From Candidatus Micrarchaeum sp. (GTDB lineage Archaea > Micrarchaeota > Micrarchaeia > Micrarchaeales > Micrarchaeaceae): 32,000 bases of DNA. The notes below the pieces were generated by a model. The model saw only the letters and a program-made list of their open reading frames with translations. It did no database searches and was not told the DNA's origin. Shown here piece by piece: positions 1 through 9,138 of the stretch; position 1 is the first letter of the stretch; every line of letters starts with the position of its first letter. Where the stretch lies: the NCBI RefSeq assembly GCF_016806735.1, contig NZ_CP060530.1, positions 150,001-182,000 on the forward strand, written 5' to 3'. The translations under genes were made by a program, and so were the position numbers.

Positions 1-206
1 TTTCTACGGAAGTGATAATGCTGTCTGCATCTTTCATGGCCGTAGTGTTCTTCAACTTCAATGTCAACGGCAGCATAGTTCCCCTTCTATTCACCATATG
101 GTCGATAGCGGCAGCGGAAGTAATAATGGTCATAGTGTTCTACAGATATCTGGCAGGCAGCAAAGCGAGCCTTGACATAAAATCGCTTTCAAAACTAAGG
201 GATTGA
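1..206 (+). CDS. nuoK: NADH-quinone oxidoreductase subunit K, C-terminal part (5' end lies outside the window)
   Basis: The frame is open to the left edge. The sequence is hydrophobic with an ...IAAAEVIMVIVFYRY... tail typical of NuoK/ND4L. The stop codon lies 1 nt before the nuoL start. Confidence 0.7.
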   Translation, partial: STEVIMLSASFMAVVFFNFNVNGSIVPLLFTIWSIAAAEVIMVIVFYRYLAGSKASLDIKSLSKLRD

Positions 207-207
207 A

Positions 208-1974
208 ATGCTTACATTGTTGGTTATATTCCCGCTTCTGGCCGCATCGTTCCTGGCCCTGCTTACCTACGGCAAGGAAAAATACACAGGCCCGATAGTG
301 CTTGCGGGAAGCCTGATAACTTCACTGCTGATAGCATATGCATCATTTAGCTCTTACGGCAAAATCCAAGAGCTCGGCTGGTTCGGCATATCCGGATATA
401 CTTTCCATATAACTACGCAACTGCTCCCGCTTAACATCATACTTGCGATGCTTATCGGAATCATAACCCCTCTGATAATGCTTTATTCAATGGGCTATAT
501 TGACTCAAAGATGGAAAGGCCTAGATTCTTCTTCGAGATGGGCATCTTCGCTTCTGCCATGCTGCTTTTTGCAATATCCGGAAACTTCATAACGATGTTC
601 ATAGCCTGGGAGATGCTGGGAATAACGAGTTATCTGCTCATAGGCTTCTGGTACCACAAGGAGCATGCGCCATATGCTGCAAGAAAATCTATATCGACCA
701 TAATAATAGGGGACTTCTCCATGCTGGCGGCAATGCTTATAATATGGTCGTCCTATCACACGTTCAGCTTTTCCGCAATACTCGCTGCCCCCTCTACGGT
801 GTATCTGCCGATAGCAATGATTCTTGTGCTCGTAGCGTGCTTTACCAAATCTGCCCAGTTCCCGTTTCACGAGTGGCTTGCCGACGCCATGGAAGGCCCG
901 ACTCCGGTTTCTGCTTTTCTCCATTCTTCAACAATGGTAAAAGCCGGGGTATTTCTGGTTCTTGTGCTCTCTCCTCTTTTCTTCAAGGCCGGCCTGTCTG
1001 AACTGATACTTTCAATAGGCATAATATCAGTGATTCTCGGAGCCTCAAACGCCATATCATCACATCACGTAAAAAAAATACTCGCGTATTCTACAATAGA
1101 GGACCTAGGTTTGATGTTCGTAGCCATAGGCCTACATGCGATAATAGCTGCAGTGCTGTTCTTCATAGTGCAGGCGTTTTACAAAGCCGTACTCTTCATG
1201 TCTGCAGGCTCGATAATGAGGGCGAACAATGAAGAGGAGGATATATACAAGCTGTACGGCTCATCAAGCAGGAAGTCGCTTTATGTGCCTATGCTGATAG
1301 GCGTGGTTTCCATAGCTGGCATATTTCCTCTAAGCGGATTCTTCGGAAAAGCAGCCATAGACACTGCGGCTTCTTCGAACATTTTCGCGTACGCAATACT
1401 GGTAATAATAGATTTTGCAACAAGCGCCTACATATTCAGGTGGATGTTCATACACTCGCGCAAGAATTCAAAGGCTCATCAAAGCAATTACGCGCAGATA
1501 CCGCGCAGCATGATATACGCTGGTGCGATAACATCTGCGCTTGTAATACTTGCCGCGGTTATTTTCTTCTACATAAGCGGTTTTCTTTCCTATTACGGGT
1601 ACAGTGCAAGTCTTTCGATAAGCCTGCTGGATTCGATAATCGAAACTGTGGCTGTAGCGTTGGGCATAGCCCTATCTTACAAGCTTTTCATCCTTGCAAA
1701 ACCTACAGGGGAGATAAAAACGCGCTTGTATTACGCCCTTTTCAACAGCGTGCTGGTAAATGCAGCATATGCATACATTGCCAATGCGATAATGTATTTT
1801 GCAGAGGGCATTAACGTGCTGGATGAGCTCATATACGGATTCTTCGCCTCCGGAGGCGAAGGCATGGTGGCCATATCAAATAAGCTAAGACTGATAGTAA
1901 CAGGAGATACAAACAATTATCTGATAGCCTTCGTGGCTGGCATAATACTCATAATATTGCTTTTGCTGGTGTAA
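208..1974 (+). CDS. nuoL: NADH-quinone oxidoreductase subunit L (Mrp/ND5-type antiporter-like subunit)
   Basis: 588-aa polytopic membrane protein. It carries the ND5/NuoL signature WEMLGITSYLLIGFWY and the motif SAQFPFHEWLADAMEGPTPVSAFLHSSTMVKAGV. It sits in K-L-M-N order. Confidence 0.9.
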   Translation: MLTLLVIFPLLAASFLALLTYGKEKYTGPIVLAGSLITSLLIAYASFSSYGKIQELGWFGISGYTFHITTQLLPLNIILAMLIGIITPLIMLYSMGYIDSKMERPRFFFEMGIFASAMLLFAISGNFITMFIAWEMLGITSYLLIGFWYHKEHAPYAARKSISTIIIGDFSMLAAMLIIWSSYHTFSFSAILAAPSTVYLPIAMILVLVACFTKSAQFPFHEWLADAMEGPTPVSAFLHSSTMVKAGVFLVLVLSPLFFKAGLSELILSIGIISVILGASNAISSHHVKKILAYSTIEDLGLMFVAIGLHAIIAAVLFFIVQAFYKAVLFMSAGSIMRANNEEEDIYKLYGSSSRKSLYVPMLIGVVSIAGIFPLSGFFGKAAIDTAASSNIFAYAILVIIDFATSAYIFRWMFIHSRKNSKAHQSNYAQIPRSMIYAGAITSALVILAAVIFFYISGFLSYYGYSASLSISLLDSIIETVAVALGIALSYKLFILAKPTGEIKTRLYYALFNSVLVNAAYAYIANAIMYFAEGINVLDELIYGFFASGGEGMVAISNKLRLIVTGDTNNYLIAFVAGIILIILLLLV

Positions 1975-1976
1975 CC

Positions 1977-3395
1977 GTGCTCCCAATAATTTTCTTGATG
2001 CTTGCCATCCTCGGCATAGGGGGACTTGTGGCAGCCCTGGCTGGAAGCTATTCAAGATCCAAGCGCACGGCAATACTTTTTAGTGCAGTGGCGCTTCTGA
2101 TTGCCTCATATATGGTACTAGAAGCCCTCACTTCGCCAGGGTTTCTAGGGAGTACGGAATCGCTTCCGTACATAGGGCAGTTCGGAATATACCTGTCCTT
2201 TACCATAACGCAATTCGGAGTAGTGCTAGTGCTGCTTGCTTCGATAGTCTCTTTCGCAGCATCGGTCGCAGTTTCAACCAAATTTGAGGACAACAAAAAT
2301 CTTTATCCTCTCATATTGCTTTTTGAATTCTCGGCCATTGGGCTGTTCGTCTCGGCCAACCTGTTCCTTTTCTACATATTCTGGGACGTTGGCGTAGTGG
2401 CATCATACTTCCTGATAAGCGCTTTCGGAAAAGGCGAGAACAAGCACGCGGCAAACACCTTTCTAATATATTCCATATTTGCCAGCGCCGTCCTGCTTTT
2501 TGGCATTATGCTGATATATTTTTACACTCCAGTGCATTCGTTCGACATAAGTTACATAGCGTCTCACAGCTTCGAAATACCTGCAGATATACAGGGTACG
2601 ATATTCACGCTATTTTTTATAGCATTCATGGTAAAAATGCCAATATTCCCGTTTCATTCATGGATTGCAAACGCGTATTCTGAAGCCCCTACGCAGGGGT
2701 CAATGCTCATATCCGGAGTGCTGTCAAAATTCGGGGCCTACGGCATGCTGCTGCTTTTCACTGTTTTCACTTTCTCTTCGGAGTTTGCCAAATATGCATT
2801 TGTGATAGGGGCAATATCTGCGTTCTACGCCGCTTTCGTGGTGATGAGGCAAAAGGACCTCAAAAGGATAACGGCGTATTCCAGCATGCTGGAATCAGGA
2901 ATAATACTGGTTGGCATATCATCGCTCAACGTTTTCGGAATTGCAGGCGCGTTATATCTGATGCTTGCGCACGGCCTCGTGATGGCCTTGATGTTCGCAG
3001 TAATTGGCGGCATAGAAATTTCATACGGCAGCAGGAACATAACGATGCTGAAGGGCATAGTGAGGGATTCGGTAGGATCTGCATATTCCTTCTTGGTCGG
3101 CACCTTCGCATCCACTGGAATACCTTTGACTGCTGGATTCATAGCCGACGTTCTTATATTCATAGGCGCAATAAAAACCTACGGGCTATATGGGGCAATA
3201 CCAATATTCAGCATAATGCTGCTCGGTTTTTACATGTATTACGCGGTAAACAAATCATTCCTTTCTACGAAGGAATCATCACAGAGCATAGCCAAGCTGC
3301 CCAGGCAGATGGCGTTTACATATGCTATTGCAATGGCTGCAATATTCATTTTCGGAATATTCCCGTATCTGATAACTGCACTTTTCGGGATATGA
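1977..3395 (+). CDS. nuoM: NADH-quinone oxidoreductase subunit M (ND4-like)
   Basis: 472 aa with a GTG start 2 nt after the nuoL stop. Motif: FPFHSWIANAYSEAPTQGSMLISGVLSKFGAYGM. Confidence 0.9.
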   Translation: MLPIIFLMLAILGIGGLVAALAGSYSRSKRTAILFSAVALLIASYMVLEALTSPGFLGSTESLPYIGQFGIYLSFTITQFGVVLVLLASIVSFAASVAVSTKFEDNKNLYPLILLFEFSAIGLFVSANLFLFYIFWDVGVVASYFLISAFGKGENKHAANTFLIYSIFASAVLLFGIMLIYFYTPVHSFDISYIASHSFEIPADIQGTIFTLFFIAFMVKMPIFPFHSWIANAYSEAPTQGSMLISGVLSKFGAYGMLLLFTVFTFSSEFAKYAFVIGAISAFYAAFVVMRQKDLKRITAYSSMLESGIILVGISSLNVFGIAGALYLMLAHGLVMALMFAVIGGIEISYGSRNITMLKGIVRDSVGSAYSFLVGTFASTGIPLTAGFIADVLIFIGAIKTYGLYGAIPIFSIMLLGFYMYYAVNKSFLSTKESSQSIAKLPRQMAFTYAIAMAAIFIFGIFPYLITALFGI

Positions 3396-3404
3396 GTGGT
3401 ATAA

Positions 3405-4799
3405 ATGTTTGAAATCTTGAATTTTGCCATACCAATTATCTTCGTAGGGCTTATAGCATCTGGACTCGCCACGGCAATGCACAAAAACAAAAAGCTGTCT
3501 TTCCTGTCCAATACGATAATGCTGCTCCTGGTTCTGGCATTCGGGATATACTATTCCGCATTTTCAATCTCATTCAATGCTGTCTCGCTATACCATGTCT
3601 ATCCGTTTTCATCGTTCCTTCTGGTTCTGTTTTCCCTGGCCCTGCTCACAGTCAATACTGCAGCACTGCATCTCGACGAAAAATACGTAAAATTCGGAAC
3701 GATGCTTCCCCTACTTTCCGTTGGCATACTCTCAGTAGGCATGGCCGCTTCGTTACTTACAATAATAGTTTCAATAGAGCTAATGACAGTTCCGACGATA
3801 TTGCTTATAGCATTCAGCGGAAAGCAGTTTGCAGAGCCTGCGACTAAACTTTTTCTCATGGCCGCGATATCCATAGCAGTGCTTGCGTTTGCCATAACTC
3901 TGGTCTTTCCGTATGATTCTAGCTTGTCGCTCTCGCAGGCAGCATCGGGCAACGTAGGCTCCCAATACTTCTTGGTATTGGCTCTGGTGCTGCTTGTAGC
4001 ATCGCTAGGCACGGAAGCTGCACTATTCCCATTCGATCTTTGGATACCGGACGTTTATCAGGGATCTCCGCACAGCGTAAGTCCGCTTCTGGCAGGAGTA
4101 AACAAGAAAGTGGCGTTCGTAGCCCTGATAGAAATAGCATTCGTGGTATTTTCCGGCCAAAAGGCAGAAATATCCTTGGTATTCGAGGTGCTTGCCATAC
4201 TTACAATGTTCTTCGGCAACCTCGGGGCAATGGTACAGACAAACGTGAAGCGCATGCTGGCATATTCATCCATATCGCAGGCAGGATACATAATGGTCGG
4301 CCTTGCCGCATTTTCGGCCTTCGGTCTAGAAGCGTCTCTTTTCCAGATATTTGCGCATTCGTTCATGATAATAGGCGCTTTTGTTCTGGCTGGCTTTTTA
4401 TCAATGGAAGGGCTCAATACAATAAACGACTATTCTGGCTTATATAAGAGAAGCGGTTTCCTTGCGTTTTCGCTTACTATAATGATGCTGTCAATGGCAG
4501 GCATACCCGGTCTCATCGGCTTCGTCGGCAAGTTTCTGCTGTTCTCCAGCGCAATAAGCTCCGGATTGATTGCCCTGGCCTTTTTGGGAATAATAAACAG
4601 CTTTCTCTCGATATACTACTATGGCAAGCTTATAAGCAACGTCTATTCCAGCAGATCTCACAAGACAATGCACGTGCCAAAGACAATATATCTTCCAATA
4701 TTGGCCACAGTTATAATAATAATCGTTTTCGGCGTATATCCCACGCCCCTGATGTATCTGGCTCATTCGGCTGCAGCATCACTGTTCTCGATTATTTGA
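3405..4799 (+). CDS. nuoN: NADH-quinone oxidoreductase subunit N (ND2-like)
   Basis: 464 aa. Motifs: FPFDLWIPDVYQGSPHSVSPLLAGVNKKVAFVAL and KRMLAYSSISQAGY. It is the last gene of the nuo string. Confidence 0.9.
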   Translation: MFEILNFAIPIIFVGLIASGLATAMHKNKKLSFLSNTIMLLLVLAFGIYYSAFSISFNAVSLYHVYPFSSFLLVLFSLALLTVNTAALHLDEKYVKFGTMLPLLSVGILSVGMAASLLTIIVSIELMTVPTILLIAFSGKQFAEPATKLFLMAAISIAVLAFAITLVFPYDSSLSLSQAASGNVGSQYFLVLALVLLVASLGTEAALFPFDLWIPDVYQGSPHSVSPLLAGVNKKVAFVALIEIAFVVFSGQKAEISLVFEVLAILTMFFGNLGAMVQTNVKRMLAYSSISQAGYIMVGLAAFSAFGLEASLFQIFAHSFMIIGAFVLAGFLSMEGLNTINDYSGLYKRSGFLAFSLTIMMLSMAGIPGLIGFVGKFLLFSSAISSGLIALAFLGIINSFLSIYYYGKLISNVYSSRSHKTMHVPKTIYLPILATVIIIIVFGVYPTPLMYLAHSAAASLFSII

Positions 4800-5898
4800 C
4801 TAGCTTACGCAGGAAAAGGCGCTTAAGCATCAGCGTAGGGCTGTCCATGTCCCCGTACTTAGAAAAGAAGCTCTCAGCTCCAAGGGCCTTGGCAATGCCT
4901 ATGAACCTTTCCATGTGCGCTTCGCTTACCTTTGAATAATAATCGTGAAGCGCAGCATGCATCTTCAAGTCGGCGCCATAGGATCTCCGCCAGTCCTTAT
5001 CATAAAGCGAGAGCTTCCTTCCATCTTTAATGTGGAGGTAAATGCTTCTAGCCGCGACCTTCGCACATGCTATCCCAAATATTATGCCTCCTCCAGTGGT
5101 TGCTTTGGTCTGGCCCGCGGCATCTCCTAACAAAATAACGTTGCCCTCAGCAGTTTTGGCCCTGCTAGAAACTGGTATTATGCTTGCATGGCCCTTAATC
5201 AATTCGGCACCATCTATGGTTCCTTTTACTTCCTCGGTTCCAGTGAAAGAGTCAAATGCCATCATGCTGTGCTTTTTTACCTTGTCCGTTATGCCTATTC
5301 CAAGCTCCGCAACAGAATCGGAATATGGGGCAACCCAGCCGAAAAATCCCTGGGCGTATTTCTTCGAGAAATAAAGGTCAACAATGTTCCTGTTGTTTAT
5401 CTTTGCATTTTTGTATTCTGCCTTGTATGTTAAAACGAAGCTCTTTATCTGCGGGAATGCAAAAGCCCTCGCCACGCTGGATACTGCGCCGTCCGCTCCG
5501 ACTATTACGGTATTGCCGTCGTCAAAATCTCGTATGCGCTCCAAATCTAGCCTGCTGCCGAGTTTTACTTCCACTCCCGCCTTTACAGCGCTCCTGTAAT
5601 TGGCCTCTGCGAGCTTTCCCCTGTCAAGGACATACGCCTGCACATTTTTGGCTATCACGTTGAGCGTCTGCCTGCCGAAATGCAGCCTTGCCCCGCTTAG
5701 CGTATTCACTATGCTGTCCTTATAGTCTATGCCGCTGAGCTCAAGGCCCTTCTTGGACAGTATGCCTGAAGCCTTTTCAGATCCTTCGGAAACATCCTTT
5801 TTTCCGTCATAGACCGTTGTCTCAAGACCGTGGCTTGCCAGCTCTTTGGCCATCACCAAGCCAATTATTCCGGCTCCAACCACAACTACTCTTTTCAA
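4792..5898 (-). CDS. FAD-dependent geranylgeranyl reductase family protein (likely digeranylgeranylglycerophospholipid reductase)
   Basis: 368 aa with an N-terminal Rossmann motif, VVVVGAGIIGLVMAKEL...YDGK. An LLGDAAGQTKATTGGGI motif is typical of archaeal GGR. Its 3' end overlaps the nuoN 3' end by 8 nt (convergent). Confidence 0.8.
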   Translation of the reverse strand: MKRVVVVGAGIIGLVMAKELASHGLETTVYDGKKDVSEGSEKASGILSKKGLELSGIDYKDSIVNTLSGARLHFGRQTLNVIAKNVQAYVLDRGKLAEANYRSAVKAGVEVKLGSRLDLERIRDFDDGNTVIVGADGAVSSVARAFAFPQIKSFVLTYKAEYKNAKINNRNIVDLYFSKKYAQGFFGWVAPYSDSVAELGIGITDKVKKHSMMAFDSFTGTEEVKGTIDGAELIKGHASIIPVSSRAKTAEGNVILLGDAAGQTKATTGGGIIFGIACAKVAARSIYLHIKDGRKLSLYDKDWRRSYGADLKMHAALHDYYSKVSEAHMERFIGIAKALGAESFFSKYGDMDSPTLMLKRLFLRKLVK

Positions 5899-6312
5899 AC
5901 GAAACGCCTCTGCGGTATTTATAGCTTTCTATTTAAACTTATTATTAACTGCGGTGGTTCAACGCCAAACAAGAAAAGCACAAAAAAAAGCGATACGAAG
6001 CCTGCGGGCACCCAAACGGGCAGTCTGGAATCCCCTAAAATATCTATTTATAACATAGTCGTCAGTGCTGACCTTCATGCTGTCGTCGACCTCTACGCCC
6101 TCTCAAAAGAGGTAAAGGCCGTGGATTACGAGCCTGAGCAGTTTCCCGGGGCGATATTCAAGATATCCGAGTCCAGGACCGTCATACTATTCAAGAACGG
6201 CAAGATGATATGCACGGGTGCTAGGACGGAACCTGAGGTCAAGAGCATACTCGAATACGTTGCAAAGGTAATGTCCAAATACGTGATTTCGCTTAATCCG
6301 CCGGAAAAGTGA
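5830..6312 (+). CDS. Single-repeat TATA-box-binding-protein-like protein (one TBP repeat only); start codon uncertain
   Basis: The C-terminal ~90 aa (nt ~6040-6309) are IYNIVVSADL...DYEPEQFPGAIFKI..SRTVILFKNGKMICTGARTEPEVK. This aligns with one archaeal TBP repeat (EYEPEQFPG...LLFSSGKIVCSGAKSE). No second repeat is present on either side. The only in-frame canonical start is GTG 5830, inside the antisense GGR gene. Confidence 0.6.
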   Translation: MACQLFGHHQANYSGSNHNYSFQTKRLCGIYSFLFKLIINCGGSTPNKKSTKKSDTKPAGTQTGSLESPKISIYNIVVSADLHAVVDLYALSKEVKAVDYEPEQFPGAIFKISESRTVILFKNGKMICTGARTEPEVKSILEYVAKVMSKYVISLNPPEK

Positions 6313-6321
6313 ATCTGTACA

Positions 6322-7485
6322 TCACAATTTTGAGACGGATTTAAGCTCCTTGTCAAATTCCCTGAAGAAATGCTCCCAGGAATAGTTTTCAATAACACGT
6401 TTTCTTCCGTTTCTTCCAATCATAGCGGCAAGCTCAGGATCCTTAGATACCTTAAGCATTGCGTTGCACATGGAATGCTCGTCCTCGACCAGATAGCCCG
6501 TCTTGCCGTCTATCACGGTCTCTCTAGGGCCTCCCTGGTTGAGCGCTATGACGGGCTTAGAGCTTGCCATAGCCTCTAGCGGCACAAGCCCGTAGTCCTC
6601 GTTAATTGGCGGATACAGCACTGCCGTGGCTCCCGAATAGGCATCCCTGAACTCGTCCTCGCCCACATTTGCCATTATGGAGATATTCTTACTGCCTTTG
6701 GCCATTTCTGTTATGCGCTTATAGTAATCTTGATAAAATGCATCTTTCGATACTGCACCCATCAGTACGAGCCTATATCCTTTTGCCTTTTTGCTGAATT
6801 CTTCAAATGCTCTTATCGCAAATTCCTGGTTTTTGTTTGGCGAGATACGCGAAGGGTATAGGAAATAATGTTCGTCTCCCCTGTTTCTGTACAGCTTGTA
6901 ATCTATGCCCCCGCCGAGCACTCTGGCGTCATTTCTTCCCAAGTATTTTTCTATTCTTCCCTTGGTGTTCTGGCTGTTGGCAACTATGCGTTCTATTCTA
7001 TTTACTACCTTCCTATCCATGCGCCTTACTGCTTTTATGCCCAGATAATGCACAGGTTTCTGATAAAACTTTTTCATGGACATCCTGAACCTGTACATGT
7101 CATAGGCGTCGCGCAGGGGCGTATGGCAATACCATAGCACGCGCTCGTTCCTGTTCCTTATCCAGTGGCTCGGAGCTATGTGCGCGTTTATCACGTCGTA
7201 ATCCTCGTCCACGTTCATGTTATAAAAGCCGAGGCCGTACTTCAATCCTTGAAAAACCCTCCCGTAGGCGGGAAATCCGGTAGAATTTCCCCCTATGACC
7301 TCAACATCGAGCTTTCCATACTCCGGAAATGTCCCTTCAGGGTCATATTCTGCCGTTATTATCTTGGCACGGTAATGCTGGGCTATCTTCAGAACTACCT
7401 TTTCAGCGCCTCCCTTTAGCGTGAGGTTGGCCTGGGCAATGAGCACCTTCAATCCAATCACTATATAATAAATTCCAGCCATCAA
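6322..7485 (-). CDS. Glycosyltransferase, GT4 (GT-B fold) family
   Basis: 387 aa. The C-terminal motif EDYGLVPLEAMASSKPVIALNQGGPRETVIDGKTGYLV is the E-x7-E sugar-nucleotide region of GT4 enzymes. A TATA-like element lies about 30 nt upstream on the minus strand. Confidence 0.85.
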   Translation of the reverse strand: MMAGIYYIVIGLKVLIAQANLTLKGGAEKVVLKIAQHYRAKIITAEYDPEGTFPEYGKLDVEVIGGNSTGFPAYGRVFQGLKYGLGFYNMNVDEDYDVINAHIAPSHWIRNRNERVLWYCHTPLRDAYDMYRFRMSMKKFYQKPVHYLGIKAVRRMDRKVVNRIERIVANSQNTKGRIEKYLGRNDARVLGGGIDYKLYRNRGDEHYFLYPSRISPNKNQEFAIRAFEEFSKKAKGYRLVLMGAVSKDAFYQDYYKRITEMAKGSKNISIMANVGEDEFRDAYSGATAVLYPPINEDYGLVPLEAMASSKPVIALNQGGPRETVIDGKTGYLVEDEHSMCNAMLKVSKDPELAAMIGRNGRKRVIENYSWEHFFREFDKELKSVSKL

Positions 7486-7563
7486 TTAAATAACGTGCGC
7501 AGCAATAGGGATAAATTAATAAATGTAAAAAACAAAGAGCAAGGAAGCTGAAGGGCTGTTTTT

Positions 7564-8862
7564 ATGGATCTGGGAGAAGGCATCAGGAAGGCAATGGCAA
7601 AGCTATCGCGAGCCACCATAATAGACGCAAAGACGATAAAAGAGTTCAACAAGGAGCTGCAAAAGACCCTGATAAGCAGCGACGTAGACGTCGCTCTAGT
7701 GCTTAAGCTTACGAGCAGCATAGAGCAAAAGGCCCTAAAATCGAATCCGCCTCCCGGGATTACGCCTCACGATTATATAACCGACATAGTATATAACGAG
7801 CTGGTTTCATTCATGGGCAAGACATACGAGCCCGAAATGAAGCCGCGCAGGATATTACTTATGGGTTTGTACGGCTCCGGAAAAACTACCACTGCTGCCA
7901 AGCTGGCAAAATACTATCAAGACAGGGGCTTGAGCGCCGGCTTAATATGCTGCGACGTGACCAGACCGTCAGCCTACGAGCAGCTGGAGACACTCTCATC
8001 CCAGGCCAACGTGACATTTTTCGGGATAAAAGGCGAGAGCAATGCCGCCAAAATAGTCAAGCAGGGTCTTGAGGCCCTCAAGGGCAAGCAGGTAATCATC
8101 TGCGACACAAGCGGCAGGAACTCAATAAACGAGGAACTGATAAAGGAGCTCAAGGATATAAACAAGGAATTCAAGCCTGACGACACTATACTCGTGCTCA
8201 GCGCCGACATAGGACAGGTGGCTGGCCGCCTTGCCAGCGAATTTGGCTCTGCCGTAGGCATAACTGGCCTGATAATAACCAAGATGGACGGTTCAGGAAA
8301 GGGCGGAGGCGCCCTCAGCGCCGCCAATGCCGCCAATGCCAAAGTAATGTTCATAGGGATCGGGGAGAAACTTTCCGAAATAGAGCCATACAATTCTGAA
8401 AGGTTCATAGGCTCCTTGCTCGGCATGCCTGACATAGCCAACCTGCTCGAAAAAGTGCAGAACGCCATATCGGCTGAAAACATAAACCCTGAGGATGTGG
8501 AAGTGCAAAAGCTGAATTTCGAGAGCTTCTACGCACAGCTCAAGGCGCTGAACAGGATGGGCCCGCTCAAAAGCGTTTTCGGAATGCTTGGCGCATCGGA
8601 TATGCCAAAGGACGTTATAGAAAAGGGCGAGGAAAAGCTCGGAAAATACAAGGTAATAATATCTTCAATGACGAAGGAGGAGCGCCTCGACGAGCACATA
8701 CTGCATCAGGACGGTCGCATAAGGAGGATAGCGCTCGGAAGCGGAACATCCGAAAAGGAAGTAAGGGAGCTGCTTTCAGACTTCGCAAAAATGAAGAAAT
8801 CGTTCAACATGTTGAAAAACGACAGGAATATGAAAAGATTTATGTCAAAATTTTCGGGCTGA
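7564..8862 (+). CDS. srp54: Signal recognition particle protein SRP54
   Basis: 432 aa. The NG domain has G1 LMGLYGSGKTTT, the motif ICDTSGR, and ITKMDGSGKGGGALS. The C-terminal M domain is Met-rich. Confidence 0.95.
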   Translation: MDLGEGIRKAMAKLSRATIIDAKTIKEFNKELQKTLISSDVDVALVLKLTSSIEQKALKSNPPPGITPHDYITDIVYNELVSFMGKTYEPEMKPRRILLMGLYGSGKTTTAAKLAKYYQDRGLSAGLICCDVTRPSAYEQLETLSSQANVTFFGIKGESNAAKIVKQGLEALKGKQVIICDTSGRNSINEELIKELKDINKEFKPDDTILVLSADIGQVAGRLASEFGSAVGITGLIITKMDGSGKGGGALSAANAANAKVMFIGIGEKLSEIEPYNSERFIGSLLGMPDIANLLEKVQNAISAENINPEDVEVQKLNFESFYAQLKALNRMGPLKSVFGMLGASDMPKDVIEKGEEKLGKYKVIISSMTKEERLDEHILHQDGRIRRIALGSGTSEKEVRELLSDFAKMKKSFNMLKNDRNMKRFMSKFSG

Positions 8863-8863
8863 T

Positions 8864-8895
8864 AAAAAGCATAAAAAAAAGAAAAAAAGAAAAAG
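8864..8895 (-). terminator. Oligo-T tract (T8, T7, T4 on the minus strand) downstream of the micro-ORF
   Basis: The plus strand reads aaaaagcataaaaaaaagaaaaaaagaaaaag, which is T-rich on the minus strand. Archaeal RNAP terminates at oligo-T. Confidence 0.4.
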
Positions 8896-8912
8896 AGCAA
8901 CGGATAACAACC

Positions 8913-8999
8913 TTATCTCTTTTTCTTCGAAGACTTTGACTTTGGTTTAGACTTCTTTGTGCTTTTCTTTGAAGTCTTCTTTTTTGCTGCCTTTGCCAT
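8913..8999 (-). CDS. Candidate 28-aa lysine/serine-rich micro-protein (MAKAAKKKTSKKSTKKSKPKSKSSKKKR)
   Basis: My own hand translation; the ORF is below the ORF-track cutoff. It has an ATG start and a TAA stop. TATA-like TTTTTTATAG lies about 40-50 nt upstream on the minus strand, and a long oligo-T tract follows immediately downstream on the minus strand (8864-8895). Confidence 0.35.
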   Translation of the reverse strand: MAKAAKKKTSKKSTKKSKPKSKSSKKKR

Positions 9000-9138
9000 T
9001 TATCTCACTTTTAAACCTATGCATACTACAAAAGTAATCTATAAAAAATATACTGAATAAAATAAACTATAAAATGAATTAAATTTTATCTTCATATACA
9101 TTAATTTATCAAAGTAAATTAATTTTATAAGTGTAATA

